A DNA stretch of 64,000 bases from Lama guanicoe (lineage: Eukaryota). Shown here one piece after another: positions 38,650-52,209 of this stretch (positions within the stretch are counted from its first letter, which is position 1; each line of letters starts with the position of its first letter). Made by a program: the position numbers and the translations under genes. The notes under the pieces are model-generated. The model saw only the letters and a program-made list of their open reading frames with translations, did no database searches and was not told the origin of the DNA. The stretch spans positions 1 through 64,000 of the forward strand of contig PNXV01005434.1 in the NCBI GenBank assembly GCA_013239625.1, read 5' to 3'.

Positions 38650-39170
38650 TTAGTACCTCTTTCCTGTCCTCATTAGAGATGATGCTTGAGTTCAGCTGAG
38701 TGTTCTTTTCTATTCCTTAATAATTTTTCTCCATGTTCATGCCAAGCAAAAAGTGGGAGCAAAGGATGGAGAGAGAAGTGAAAAGTCAGAGGGAGAAAGA
38801 TCAAAGGGCAGCAGGAAAGGCAGAGAGTGGGAAAGAGACAGAGAAAAAGAGATAAAGAATATAGAAGAAACAATATAAAAATGGGAAGGGAAAGGGAATG
38901 CAGATCCAAGAAGGGATTTTAAAAAGACAGTGGCTGGAACATTGAACCTGGAGAGGGAGAAGGAAGAGAAGACAAATAAGAAGACAGAGGAACAGCTACA
39001 AGGAGGTGCCCCAGCCTGACCCAGGTGCTCCAGGACGATGGGGCTGTGTTTCCCCCAAGCTAGGCAAGGCTGTAGCAGACCCCACACACATCGCGTTGCG
39101 CAGAAGCTGCCTCTCAGGCTCTGAGCAGTGGAGGGGCTGTGACAAGCCGTAATATCTCCCAGCTAAACCC

Positions 39171-40564
39171 TGTTGGGAACAGGCTCCTTGCAGTGGGGTC
39201 CCAGTGGACACCTCTTGCTATATTCCCATGGGTGTTTCAGACTTGTCTGCAAAGGCCAAGGCAACACAATTGTAACCCAGCAGGACCTTACGGGAACTTC
39301 CTGGGGCACACTCCTTCCCATGTCCTCTGCCTGCTCTTGTTTCTGGAAAAGCCGTAGTCTCCCAGGCCTCCCCGGAGTCACAAAGGCCTGGCTTAAGAAT
39401 TAATGATTGAAAGTGAGACAGGAAGGGGGCAGGGCACAGCCATTCAAGGAAAGCTACAGCAATTAACATCAAAATGGTGAAAGATTCAACCCCCAGGAGG
39501 CCTTGAGGCTCAAGATGGTGGTAGATCTGACTTGTAGCAGATCTTCGGCTTCATTATATGCCACTGTAATATATTAACATGGTGACTAACATGCCCACAG
39601 GCACCATGGCAGTCCTAAAAGGCTAGCCACAAAAGGTCAAAGAGGGAAATGGCTAACTTTCTGGGAATCCCAGCCCCTTCCCCAGACTAGTTAGACTGGT
39701 CCTTCCACTTATTAGCATATGAAGCCACTGAGCCCATAGAAACTGGTAACTGGGTGCCTCAGTGCCTTGCGGCCACAGCCCCCTCTCTCTCCCTCTTCGG
39801 AGCGGCCGACACTCTGTCAATGGAATGTGTACCTACTTTTAATCTGAGCACCCAACCCCCACACCTTGTGGCCTTTCTCTTGCCTTTCAATGAATCTCTC
39901 TGAATAAATCTACCTGTACTCAACTGTGGCTCACTCTTTCCTGCGCGAAGCCAAGGACCCACACTTGGCGGGGCACGTCCCACGGGCTCAGCCGGAGCCT
40001 GTGACACGGCCCTTCTCACGCCCCACATCAGTTTTTCCTGCATCAAAAGGATATGAACATGTAGTGACCAAAGTAGCAGTTGGGCCAGGAGAACTGGTAC
40101 CAATTTAAACAGTAGATCAATTGTATGGTGGTCACAGAATCTTTAGCTTCTCCCTGAAATACACAGATAACAGTATCTGATGCACATTTCCTGAGTCATT
40201 TTGCAGATACTAAAATCCCTATCAAATGGAGGAAGTTAACCACTGAATGACTATGAGCACATAGCCCCAGACCTACAGGAGGCCAAGGATTGATAATGTT
40301 AATCCCTGTGACATTGCTCTATCAGAGGATTGTGCTCAAGCTGATCACAAATCCTGCAACTCCCCTTCCTCATCTTGCCTTTAAAAGTGCTTTCTTGAAA
40401 CCCATAGGAGAGGTAGGGTTTTTGCTCTTTAGCTGCCCCAGATTCCTTGTCCTGTGCCTTACACTAAATGCTGCAATTTCCACTGCCACCACCAGGTGTC
40501 AGTAGAGATCAGTAGATTGACTTACTGTGCGTGGGCCAGGGTACCCAAGTTTGATTCAGTAACA
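39171..40564 (+). mobile_element. Older ERV1-like LTR interrupted by a second LTR (39271-40006)
   Basis: The outer element ends CCCAAGTTTGATTCAGTAACA. The inner element runs TGTAACCCAGCAGG...AATAAA (39903)...CCTGTGACA. No clean TSDs were found and the outer 5' boundary is uncertain. Confidence 0.6.
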
Positions 40565-42270
40565 TCTCTTCCCCCCTAGCTGAGCAGGGCTTATCTGCCT
40601 CAACTCCGAGTCCTCATAGCACCTTATCAATGGGTCCCAAGGAACCTCTGGCAGGTGAGGAGTGTGAGTGCCAATAATATAACTCACTCCTCCTGACCTT
40701 CAGCTCTAGGGTTTCTTTTTCCCAAGCCGAGTCCCCACTCCAGGGCTCTCTTCTTATGGAAACTTCAGAAGCTGGGATGTAGGGTTGGTTAGAGTTATAG
40801 GTGATAGAAAATACAATAATCATCAATGATGCTCAGTGTTTGCAATGTTCCTTTGACTCCGCTAAGAATTTCATGTGCTTTGTCTTTTTCAATCCTAACA
40901 AACAAATTTGGAGAGAAATATTATCTTCCCATTGTACAAATGAGAAAAAATGAGTTCCTCAGGAGGTCAAATTAAGTTTGAATTTATAGTACCACTAAGT
41001 AGCAGAGCCGTATTCAAACACAGATCACTCATTTATTCACTTAACATTTTCAGAAAACCTAATATGAAATTTTATCCAGTAAAAACCCTGGAACAAATGG
41101 CATCTACGTATTCATTGTTATCATTTCTATCTTTTTTTTTCCTGTTTATCCTTTTTTCCCCAATATAATTTACAATTGATTGTCTCTCTGCTTTTGCCTC
41201 TGTTTGCAAACTCCCTCAAAAATAAACAGAGAAAACTAAAAAAGGAAAAGAATAAAAGAAGCTAAATCAATTTCTTCCATTCTTATGACTGTAAATGTCT
41301 GGCTTTCCCACAGGGCTGAGACCTGGAATACAAGCCCTGGCCCCTTCCTCCGTGCCCCTCACCCAGACCCAGGCTTTGTGTCTGCTTTATGTGTGGTGTC
41401 ACGTGGATAAATGGGTCCCAGGCAGTTAAACTTTGAAGTTTCAATGATTACATGATTTTATAATTTTATTAAATTTTACCATTAAAGTATAATTCATATA
41501 CCGTAAAATTCAGTTTTAAGTGTTCAATTCAGTGGGTTTTTTTTCAGCATATTTACAGTTGTGCAACTGTCACCAACATATAATTCCAGAACATTGCTGT
41601 CCCTCAAAGATGAAAGTCTGTTATCATTAGCATTCACTCTCCATTCTCATTCACCCCTGGCAAGAACTAACTTGTTTTCTGTTTTTTTAGACTTGTCTAT
41701 TCTGAACATTTCATATATATAATAATAAAATATGTGGGGTTTTGTGGCTGGTTTATTTCACTTGCAAAATGTTTTCAAGGTGCATTTTATATCAGTACTT
41801 CATTCCTGATATAATATTCTGCTGTATGAATATACCATATTTTGTTTATTAATTAGTTGATGGCTATTTGTACTGTTCTCATTCTTTGACTATTAGGAAT
41901 AATGCTTCTTTTAATATTTGTATATAAGCTTCTGCGTGAAAATACGTTTTTAGTTCTTTAACATATATACCTAGTAGTAAAATTGCTGACTCATTGGTAA
42001 CCCTATGTATAACTTTGAAGAAAAGCCAAACTGTTGTCCTAAATGGCTTCACCAATTTACTTTTCCACCAGCAACGTATGAGGATTCCACCTTCTCTACA
42101 TTTTTACTAACATTTGTTATTTTCTGTTTGTGTGTGTGTGTGTTTTATTAATTTCGTTTTTGTTTATAGCCTTCCTAATATGTATGGAGCAGTATCTCTC
42201 TTTTTTTCTTGAAGTATAGTCAGTTTACAATGTGTCCATTTCTGGTGTACAGCATAATGTGTCAGTCATA

Positions 42271-43308
42271 TGGGGGAGCACAAACTTGGATTAACAAACT
42301 TTGATATTGTAACAATTAATTTTGCTAAATTCTATTCTCAATCTGACATAAGCATATGGAATTGTGCAATCAAACTTAACGTCTTACGTCTAAATTGTAT
42401 CTGCCCTTTTTACTATTGCGTAAAGAAAAATGTGTAAGAGCTCAAGCGTTAATCTCTCAGTTAAGTTGTCACCTTATCTGTGGAATTTAGTTTAGTTGCT
42501 TTAAAGCTGCTTTAAAGCTAGCAGAAGGCTGCTACGACCCGTCTCCTTGCCGTAAGAAGCAGAGACATGCTTTGCCTGCTTGCTTGGCTTGAGCTCATGC
42601 GTTAAGGGCTGCTTGTGCTATGGAAAGCCATCACTCTCACCTGCTCTAACCAGCAGGACGTACTTCGCTTATCTACGGCGTAGGTGGCTAGAGTGGAGCT
42701 GCTGGCACTCACAGAAGGCTGAGACTTAGCCCTTAGCTGGGAACAGCGAGGCTGCTTCGCTTGCTCAGGTTACCTTTGATCATTTAACAAGAAGTCTTGT
42801 GGTGGCCGGACTTTGTTACCGATTTTTTAAATCCAGTTCCTGAAACAGGGACACTGCAGCCCTCTTGATGAGTACTCTAGGCTTTATGGAGACTTTGTGC
42901 CTTTCAAAAGAACAGTTTATGACTTCTGCCTGTTTTGTGTATTCGCTAAGCTTAGCCATCGGTGTTAGTTGCCCTTTATCCTTGGTTATTTATTATCGAT
43001 TGTTAAGCCCCCCGGCCTTTGAAAATTTTAACCTTTCCTGTATCATGAAATTAAGATTTATGTTCTTGTTTTTCACAAAAACCGTTCGTCTGCAACTTTG
43101 TTGATTTGTGTCTGAGCACATGTGCCTTGCCCCCTGCCCTTTACACAAATTCCGATGACGTATCTACCTTTTGATTATTCTCAATAAAAATGAGGGTCTT
43201 GGAGGAGTTCGGGGAGTTGACCTCCGGCTCCCTCTCACTCTCTTGACTTGATAAAGTCTTGAGTAATTTCGTTCTTCCACAGTGGGACTTTTCTGGACAA
43301 AACCCACA
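42271..43308 (+). mobile_element. ~1.04 kb ERVK-like solo LTR
   Basis: TG...CA termini, perfect 6-bp TSD GTCATA (42265-42270, 43309-43314), AATAAA near 43183, CpG-rich. Confidence 0.88.
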
Positions 43309-45327
43309 GTCATACATGTACATACCTATATTCCTTTTCATATTATTTTTCATTACAGGTTAATACAAGATATTAAATATAGTTGCTTGTGCTATCCAGA
43401 AGAAACTTTCTGTTTATCTATTTTGTATGTAATAGTATCTGCAAATCCTGAACTCTCAATTTATTCCTTTCCCCCCCATTTTCCCCCTGGTAACCATACG
43501 CTTATTTTCTATGTCTGTGAATCTGTTTCTTTTTTGTAAATAAGTTCATTTGTGTCATTTATTTTATTTTATTTTTTAGATTTCACCTATAAGTGACATT
43601 ATATTTGTTTTTTCTCTTTCCGGCTTACGTCACTTAGAATGACATTCTCCAGGTCCATTTATGTTGCTGCAAATGGCATTATTTTATGATTTTTTATGTG
43701 TGAGTAGTATTCCATTGTATAAATATACCACAGCTTCTTTAACCAGTCATCTGCCGATGGGCATTTATGTTGTTTCCACGTCTTGGGTATTGTATATAGT
43801 GCTGCTGTGAACACTGGGGTGCATGTGTATTTTAGAATTATTGTTTTTCTCTGGACATATGCCCAGGAGCAGGACTGCTGGATCATATGGTAAGTTTATT
43901 TTTAGTTTCTTAAGGAATTGCCATGCTGTTTTCCATAGTGGCCATACCAAACTACATTCCCACCAACAGTGTAGGAAGGTTCCCTGTTCATACCCTCTCC
44001 AGCATTGTTTGTGGACTTTTTAATGATGGCCATCCTGACTGGTGTGAGGTGATATCTCACTGTAGTTTTGATTTGCAGTTCTCTGATAATTGAGCATTTG
44101 TTCGCGTGCCTATTGGAGATTTCTCTGTCTTCACTGGAGAATTGCTTGTTTAGGTTTTCTGCTTATTTTTTTGGATTGGGTTGTTTGTTTTTTGTTGTTG
44201 TTAAGTTGTATGAGCTATTTGCATATTCTGAAAATGAAGCCCTTGTCAGTTGCATCATTTGCAAATATTTTCTTCCATTCTGAATATTGTCTTTTTGTTT
44301 TGCTTCTGGTTTCCTTTGCTGCGCAAAAACTTATAAGTTTAATTAGGTCCCATTTGTTTGTTTTTGCTTTTATTTCTAGTACCTGAGTAGACTGCTGTAG
44401 GAGAACATTGCTCATATTTATGTCAGCAAATGTCTTGCCTATGGTTTCTTCTAGGAGGTTTATTGTGTCTTGTCTTAAGTTTAAGTCTCAGACCCATTTT
44501 GAGTTTACTTTTGTGTGTGGTGTGAGGAGTGCTCTAACTTCATTGATTCACCTGCAGCTGTCCAGCTTTCCCAACACCACTTGCTGAAGAGACTGTCATT
44601 TCTCCATTGTATATTCTTGCCTCCTTTGTTGAAGATTAATTGACCATAAATCTGTGGATTTATTTCTGGGCTGTCTATTCTGTTCCATTGATCCATATGT
44701 CTATTACTGTGATAATTCCATGTTGTTCTGATTACTGAAGCTCTGTAGTATTGTCTGAAGTCTAGAGGGTTATTCCTTCAGCTTTGTTCTTTTTCTTCAA
44801 TATTGCTTTGGCAATTCTGGGTCTTTTGTGCTTATAGACAAAATTTAGAATTATTTGTTCTAGTTCTGTGAAAAATGTCCTCGGTAATTTGATAGGGATT
44901 GCATTAAACCTATAGATTGCTTTGGGTAATATGGCCATTTTAACAATTGTAATTTTTCTAATCCAAGAGCATAGGTTATCTTTCCATTTCTTTAAGTCAT
45001 CTTTAGTTTCCTTAATCAATGTTTTGTAGGTCTCACATATGTCTTTAACCTCCTTGGTCAAGTTTATTCCTTTTTTTTTTCAATATTTTTTGATGCAAGT
45101 TTTAAAGACATTGTTTCTTTCCTTTCCTTTCCTGATATTTCATTGTTAGAGTAAAGAAATGCAACTGATTTCTGTATGTTAATCTTGTGTCTTGCTACCT
45201 TGCATATTCTGTTATAAGCTCTAGTAGTTTTTGTGTGGAGCCTCTAGTGTTTTCTACATATAGTATCATGTCATCCATGTATAGTGAAAATTTTACCACT
45301 TCTCTTCCAATTTGGATCGCTCTCTCT

Positions 45328-45967
45328 CTTTTTTTCTTTTTTTTTTTTTTACATTTTTTTTTATTGAGTTACAGTCACTTTACAATGTTGTGTCAAATTC
45401 CAGTGTAGAGCACAATTTTTCAGTTATACATGAACATACATATATTCATTGTCACATTTTTTTTCGGTGTGAGTTACCGTAAGATCTTGCATATATTTCC
45501 CTGTGCTATACAGTATAATCTTGTTTATCTATTCTACATTTTGAAATCCCAGTCTGTCCCTTCCCACCCCCTGGCCCCTTGGCAACCACAAGGGGGTTTG
45601 TATTCTATTTCTATGAGTCTGTTTCTGTTTTGTATTTATGTTTTGTTTTTTTTTTAGATTCCACATACGAGTGATCTCATATGGTATTTTTCTTTCTCTT
45701 TCTGGCTTACTTCACTCAGAATGACATTCTCCAGGAACATCCACATTGCTGCAAATGGCCTTATGTTGTTGGTTTTTATGACTGAGTAGTATTCCATTGT
45801 ATAAATATACCACATCTTCTTTATCCAGTCACCTGTTGATGGACATTTAGGCTGCTTCCATGTCTTGGCTATTGCAAATAGTGCTGCTATGAACATTGGG
45901 GTGCAGGTGTCATTTTGAAGTAGGGTTCCTTCTGGATATACGCCCAGGAGTGGGATTCCTGGGTCAT
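45328..45967 (-). mobile_element. Young 5'-truncated L1, same subfamily as 20685-21417, nested in the L1
   Basis: Poly-T, then TTATTGAGTTACAGTCA...CAGTGTAGAGCACAATTTTT; flanked by TGGATC(G/T)CT repeats at 45313 and 45968. Confidence 0.88.
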
Positions 45968-47169
45968 GGATCTCTTTTATTTCTTCTTCTTGTCTGATTA
46001 CTATGGCTAGGACTTCCAATACTATGTTGAATAGAAGTGGTGAGAGTGAATGGAGTGGTATCTCATAGGAATTTGGATTTGCATTTCCCAAATGACTAGT
46101 GAAGTTGAACATCTGTTTGTGTGTGTGTTTATTGGCCACTTGTATATCTTTTTTGTAGGAATTTCTGCTCAAACCATTTGTCCAGTTTTAATTGATTTGT
46201 ATTTTTGTTGTTGAGTTATAAGATTTCTTTATATATGTTAGATATAAAATTCTTAACAGATATATGATTTGCAAATATTTTCTTCCATTCTGCAGGTGTC
46301 TATTCACTTTCTTGACACTGTCCTTGGAAGGGCAAAAGTATATTTTTGTCAAGTCCAATTTGCCTGTTTTTTCTTTGGTCACTTGTGCTTTTGGTGTGTC
46401 ATATCATAAAACCATTGTCTAATACAGAGACACAAAGATTTACATTTAAGTTTTTTTTAAGATGTTATAGATTCATCTTACATTTTAGATGTTTGATACA
46501 TTTTGAGTTAATTTTGTTATTTAGTTTGAGAGAAGGGTCCAACATCAGTCTTTTGCATGTGCATATCCAATTATCTCTGTTTCTATGACATCCCTAGAGC
46601 AGGCCCCCTGGGTTTTCACACCTGAGTGTCACAGAGAATTAATAACCACATTTACCTAGCCCATTGACCTGAGGACGCTGGAGGCTGGAGCTAAGCTGAA
46701 GACACTCAATGAGCACACAAAAGTGAGACTACATCAGGCATCTCAGATTACACACTCAGACCTTACTATCCTTTAAATCACAACCATACAATCTGCACAA
46801 AAAAGACTTCCATATCTCTTAACAACCATTACATTCAGGTACACATCACCTGCACAACCTGCTGTTCCACCACACACTCTCCCGTAGAGCCTCACACTGG
46901 TATGTGACACTCATCACAGAGCCCCAACCTTGGTGCACTCAACTTGTGGATGGATGTGAATCATACAGGTATGTCCTTGAAATTGTATTTCCCAAAAATA
47001 CTTGTTCAGAGAAAGAACTCGAAGTTGAATTATTGAAGTCTAGATCTTAGAGGGAGACCTCAAAAACTTAACCATCATAGTGACCGAGAAACAAGGCTGA
47101 GTGAGACAAATTTGGGAAGATTCCCCTATTCCACCCAGACTGGGGCTGCAGTACAATGCCTTCTTTCCT

Positions 47170-47210
47170 GTGATTTCCCCTGGAGAGCAGTCCTGCTTAT
47201 ACATAATCCT
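47170..47210 (+). promoter_or_regulatory. Candidate OR52D1 promoter
   Basis: O/E-like TCCCCTGGAG (47176-47185) followed by TATA-like CTTATACATAA. A candidate non-coding exon lies at 48322-48403 (CACAG|...CAG|GTGAGA), and the coding-exon acceptor ends at 49205. Confidence 0.4.
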
Positions 47211-49255
47211 TCTGGTCCTCACATCCACAGATGCTCACAGAGTAGCAGCTTCCTTACAATGGCCTTTTGAAATTGTTCTTTGTGGGTAAAGAGGGAAAGA
47301 GACGATGGGAGTAACCCCAAGGTCTCCACCACACAGCTGCTTTCCTTTAGTCACTGGGGCCGTCTGTGAAAGTCTCCGAGCAGTAAGAAGGGCTTTCCAC
47401 TTCATCTGGCTCTTTGGAGTCCAGGTAATCAGTAATGGTATTGAAGCAGTACGTATTAGTATTAGAGTGCCTCAAAAAAGAAAGATAGGAACTAAAGTAT
47501 TGCCCCTATAAATGGATGGTTAAATGAGAGGAGAACACCAAACTTTAAATTAGGAGCTCTGAGACCTAATTTCAGTTCTGACATTAACATGCTTTGTGAT
47601 CTAGATGACAACAGTTCATTTCTATGAACTTGGATCTCCTTTTGCTAAGACAGAGATAGAATAATTGCTCTACCCTGTATCGCTCCAATATGTACTATGG
47701 GACCAAGAGCTTGTAAAAATGGGGAGAACATTAGTTTTGGTGTCCAAACTTTTTAATCCCACATACTTTACTCTTTCTCACCCACTTAAAGAGTAAGCCA
47801 GGTGTTTCCATTTTCAATTTATAAAAAAGAAAAGGTCGTGAGACGTATCCAATGCTAAATAGTGAATAGGTAGAAAATCTGAGATGAGTATTTCAGGATT
47901 TTTTTTTTATAAATTGAGAGTTCACAGAGAAGGGAAGGGATATTCTCAAGGTCGTACAACACTTTTGAGACAGACTCAGAAGTAACGTTCAGGGTCCCAG
48001 TGTTCCCACAAAGGACTCTTTAAGGTAAACAATGCTACTGAGAGAAGAAGTATATAATACTAGCACTCTGCAACGGAAAAAAGTCTTCTCTCTTCCAGGA
48101 TGGCTACTGTTGGCGAACTCTAAGACACTCCACTCCCTCCTCAATCTGCCTCTATCTGCACTTGACATTCTGATCTGGCCATTACATGCAACCGTTATAC
48201 CAGTGGGAATGTAGGACTTCGAGCTGGCTTTGCCATAGCTGGGAGTGCTGCCTCCCCAGCTCCCCAGCTCCCCAGCTAGCATGTCTAATGCCTCTCTTGC
48301 GTTCTTCCACTGTACCCACAGGTGTGCTCTAAATACTGCAGATACTCAGTGATGGGGTATTTGAGTGTGCTCAGGCTGCCTAGCCTCCTTACAGGCACTC
48401 CAGGTGAGATACAGAAACAAGCCGTGTGGTGTACATTTAGGCAGTAACCTTACAAATGTAGACTAAGTAAATAAAACATTGCAGCATTAAGGCATAAGGC
48501 AGTGCTATGTTACTAAGGGTTATCAGGATTGAGTCTTTCAGTGAATGTTGGTCAAACTTTCTAGGTACAGCCACAGTCATGTTGTGTGGAGATTGCAATT
48601 GTATAAAGACAGCTTAATAGGATTTTGAAAAACAGTGGATGAATGAAAACTATAAAGACTACTAAGAACTAAATTAGAGAGGAAAGGCAGAGACACTTGT
48701 TCAGATGTTTAAAAACTAGAGAGAAAAAAATAAGTGAAAAGTGGCTTCTTGGGCAAATGGAATAGCATAAACTAAAAAAAGAGTCACAAAATTTCATTAG
48801 CTGTATGCAGACAAAAGACACGTGAATGAGGTGCAGAGTGTGGTGAGAGATGAGCCTGGAAGAGTTAGACTGGGCAAATGCTTCAGTTCTTAGCTTGGTG
48901 CTTGAAACACAGAACTCAAAACACGAATTCTGAGTAAAAGAAATGGCAGATGGAAAAACGGATCATATGTGGTAATCTTTTAAATTTCTTTTTTTGAATT
49001 TTATTTTTTAAATTAAAGATACTTAAACAATTTTTAAAGGTTACTTTCCACTTAATGGTTATTACAAAATATTGTCAGTGTTGTAAAATACATCCTTGAG
49101 ATCTTTTAAGATTATTAAGTTAATAACAATAAAAATCTTTCTCAGAAGATGATTTCACAGAAAGGTCATCATTTTGTGTGAATGAACCAATCTCTCCTGT
49201 TACAGGACAGAAGTACCATCACCCCTCGGACAGGGCCCTCTATTTGCTATCCAGA

Positions 49256-50212
49256 ATGCCAGTTTCCAACAGCAGTGATGGCAGTCTCCCAGACACTCTC
49301 CTCCTGACGGGGATCCCAGGGCTGGAGTGGGCACGCGTCTGGATCTCCATCCCCTTCTGTGCCATGTATTTGGTAGCGCTGGCTGGGAATGCCACCCTCA
49401 CCTTGGTCATAGTGACAGACAGTGCCCTTCACGCACCCATGTACCTCTTCCTTTGCCTTCTCTCACTCACCGACCTGGCTCTCAGCTCCACCACTATGCC
49501 CAAGACGTTGGCCATTTTGTGGCTCCAATCTGGTGAGATTTCCTTTGGAGGATGCCTGGCCCAGATGTTTTGTGTCCATTCTATCTATGCTCTAGAGTCC
49601 TCGGTTCTTCTTGCCATGGCCTTTGATCGCTATGTGGCTATCTGCAACCCCCTGAGATACACAACCATCCTCAGCCATGCCGTCATAGGCAGAATTGGCC
49701 TTGTTGGGGTGTTCCGGAGTGTGGCCATTGTCTCTCCCTTCATCTTCTTGTTGAGGCGACTGCCCTACTGTCAGCACCGTGCCATGGCGCACACGTACTG
49801 TGAGCACATGGGCATTGCTCGACTGGCCTGTGCCAACATCACTGTCAATATTGTCTATGGGCTGACTGTGGCCCTTCTGGCCATGGGTTTAGATTCTATT
49901 CTCATTGCTCTCTCCTATGGCTTTATCCTCCGTGCTGTTTTTCGTCTTCCATCCCGAGATGCCCAGCGCAAGGCTCTAAGCACTTGTGGCTCACACCTCG
50001 GGGTCATCCTGGTCTTCTACATTCCTGCCTTCTTCTCCTTCCTCACCCACCGTTTTGGGCAACACCGAGTCCCCAGGCATGTGCACATCTTTCTGGCTAA
50101 CCTCTATGTGCTGGTGCCTCCTGTGCTCAACCCCATCATCTATGGGGCGAGGACCAAGGAGATTCGGAATCGACTTTCAAGACTGCTTCACTTGGGGAAA
50201 ATTTCAATATGA
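49256..50212 (+). CDS. OR52D1: Olfactory receptor 52D1, intact, 318 aa
   Basis: MPVSNSSDGSLPDTLLLTGIPGLE...HTYCEHMGIARLACANITVNIVYG...LHLGKISI closely matches recalled human OR52D1 (318 aa). Confidence 0.93.
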   Translation: MPVSNSSDGSLPDTLLLTGIPGLEWARVWISIPFCAMYLVALAGNATLTLVIVTDSALHAPMYLFLCLLSLTDLALSSTTMPKTLAILWLQSGEISFGGCLAQMFCVHSIYALESSVLLAMAFDRYVAICNPLRYTTILSHAVIGRIGLVGVFRSVAIVSPFIFLLRRLPYCQHRAMAHTYCEHMGIARLACANITVNIVYGLTVALLAMGLDSILIALSYGFILRAVFRLPSRDAQRKALSTCGSHLGVILVFYIPAFFSFLTHRFGQHRVPRHVHIFLANLYVLVPPVLNPIIYGARTKEIRNRLSRLLHLGKISI

Positions 50213-52209
50213 ATTCTGAGCAGAGACTGGAGATAAGAAAAGTAAATGTGTATGGTAGCTATCTGGATGCGTTTTCACGGATGGAGACCTCTGATACGAG
50301 AGGAATATGTTGTATGGGAGGAAGGATAAGAAAAGGTCAGATGAGCTGGAGGTATCAACAATCACACTGAATGTATCATATCCTTAAGGCTCCTTGAGCA
50401 ATTCTGAATAGCCCAGAAAGATGATAATACTTTCACTTTTGGAAAAAGTTTTCAGTTAACAATAACCATGCCTTGGTAAACCTCATTAGCTATGATAATA
50501 TTTTTCCTCTTGACTCAGAAGCGTCCATGGCGTACTAAAAATCAAGTCACTTCCTGTGCTTGAAAGCAGTCTGGGTGTCATGGTGGGAGTGCTCTTCTGT
50601 GAGTCCAAGTAGAAAATGAAAAGAACATTTGAAATTCCTCTGAATCCAAGTCTTTGGGCAGTGATGACGCGCAGGAGGTCTGAAGTAAGAGTACCTGGGT
50701 TTGAATCCTGGTTTCTCTGCTTACTAGTTTTGTGGCCTTCGAGCATGTTGCTAAATCTCTTTAAGCCTCAGCTTGGCCAACAGTTAAATGGAGGATAATG
50801 TTAATATGTAACTCTTACTGTTGTGGTGAGGAATAAATAAATCAGTGAATGTGGAAAAGTTAAGACAGTACATAACAGGTAAAATGCTCAATAAATAAAT
50901 GTGGGAATGTCATGTAACCTCTCTAAATATTATTAGCCAAGTTGTTATATGTTTAGGACTGTTTCAAATTATATCACTTTACAGGGTTATTGTGATAACT
51001 ATATTATATAACAACTTAAAAATATTTAGATAGTGTTTGGGATATGAATAGCACTTATTAAAACTGTATTTTCTCCACTTTTCCTCTGGTCCTCCACTTT
51101 GAGGTTCTTTTCCTTTCAGCCATAAAATTATCCCTTGTTGAGGACTTAGGGAGACTGCTCAGAATCCAAGTGTCGTCTTCAACATCCCTTCATTGACTTG
51201 TAACTTCAGTTTTAAAATACACAAATAGGTCAGCAGATATTCCTCCCAAAGGTTCAAAAAGATTGCTACTGGTATCTGCATTTTAAATTAAGAGCCTGTG
51301 ATTTGAAGATGGTAATAGTCCTAAGGTTATGCATTTATATGAACAATGTCTTACACATTACCTAATATTTTATAATAGAAAAAAAAGTGAGACCTGGGCC
51401 CATATAACCTTGGCCTTAACACTTGGCTTTCTTATCTACTTGAGCTGCATCAACTAGGGCATTCCACTTAACCATCCTCAGCCTTAGTAAAAATGTTTAT
51501 CACGTGCATGACATAAAATCAAGCATTCAATAAAGCTGGTGGTTATTGATGGCATTTGGCTAATAAACCCTAAGTATATAAAAGTGTGCTCTGTTTTATT
51601 TTATTTGCATGGCCTAAAACAATCTATATAGTGTTTGTCTATTTGCTTCTTGCATGATTCATTGCCATTCTAAAACTTCATCACAGCAGGCATCTTTTCT
51701 GTGCCTTACATATAGTTGCTAAGTATTACAAAAATATTATGGAACAAATGCATGGGTCATACTGGTATATATCATGTCCTTTGCTGAATTAATGAATAAA
51801 TGAGTGATGTCTTCATTGTGCTATTGTGATAAGTAACAACAATGGACAGTGTATGTAGAGTACCTAGCACAGTGTCTGGCACAGAGTAGATATTCGTTCA
51901 TTTGATTTTTGTTTGTATTACACTGGAATAAAGTAAAGTTAGTGTTAGAGGCAGGGCCAGGATTCAGGACTCTGGACTCCCACAGTGATATTTAAAATGC
52001 ACCTACCTATGGATTAGATTTACAGGATCATAGAGCTATAAGGAGCTTGAGATACTAGTAAGGAAATTTAGGTTCACCAGCGGCCAAATGATGTGTCCAA
52101 TATTAGGACCCAAGTCTCATAGTTTTGTGCTCCCCAATTCTACCCACAAATTTCTCAACCAACCACTCTAGCTCTATACTGTCTTCATTTTCTATCTCCA
52201 GTTGATGGA

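Larger units (their letters stand above)
42200..46049 (-). mobile_element. Lineage-specific L1 (3' half of ORF2 plus 3' UTR), degraded
   Basis: ORF2 peptides [49 protein letters not shown] and SPLLFNIVLEVLA, spread over several frames. Confidence 0.92.
41460..46575 (-). mobile_element. Old L1M-type element split by later insertions (41460-42200 and 46050-46575)
   Basis: Degenerate antisense L1 3' sequence on both sides; TSD ATGGAG(CA/TG)GTATCTC at 42184-42198 and 46050-46064. Confidence 0.8.

Noticed and set aside
44014..44026. GACTTTTTAATGA, 12/13 match to the OR enhancer core AACTTTTTAATGA
   Set aside because: It lies inside L1 and is ordinary L1 consensus sequence, with no adjacent O/E site.
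46983..46998. 16-bp match TTGTATTTCCCAAAAA to rc of 5638-5653
   Set aside because: The flanks do not align; treated as chance.
47747..47759. AACTTTTTAATCC, partial OR enhancer core
   Set aside because: It lacks the TAATGA homeodomain core, and such matches are expected by chance in AT-rich DNA.
49178..49255. N-terminal extension of OR52D1 in the ORF track (likewise 5621-5653)
   Set aside because: It starts at a non-ATG codon and crosses the predicted splice acceptor; the ATG start gives the canonical length.
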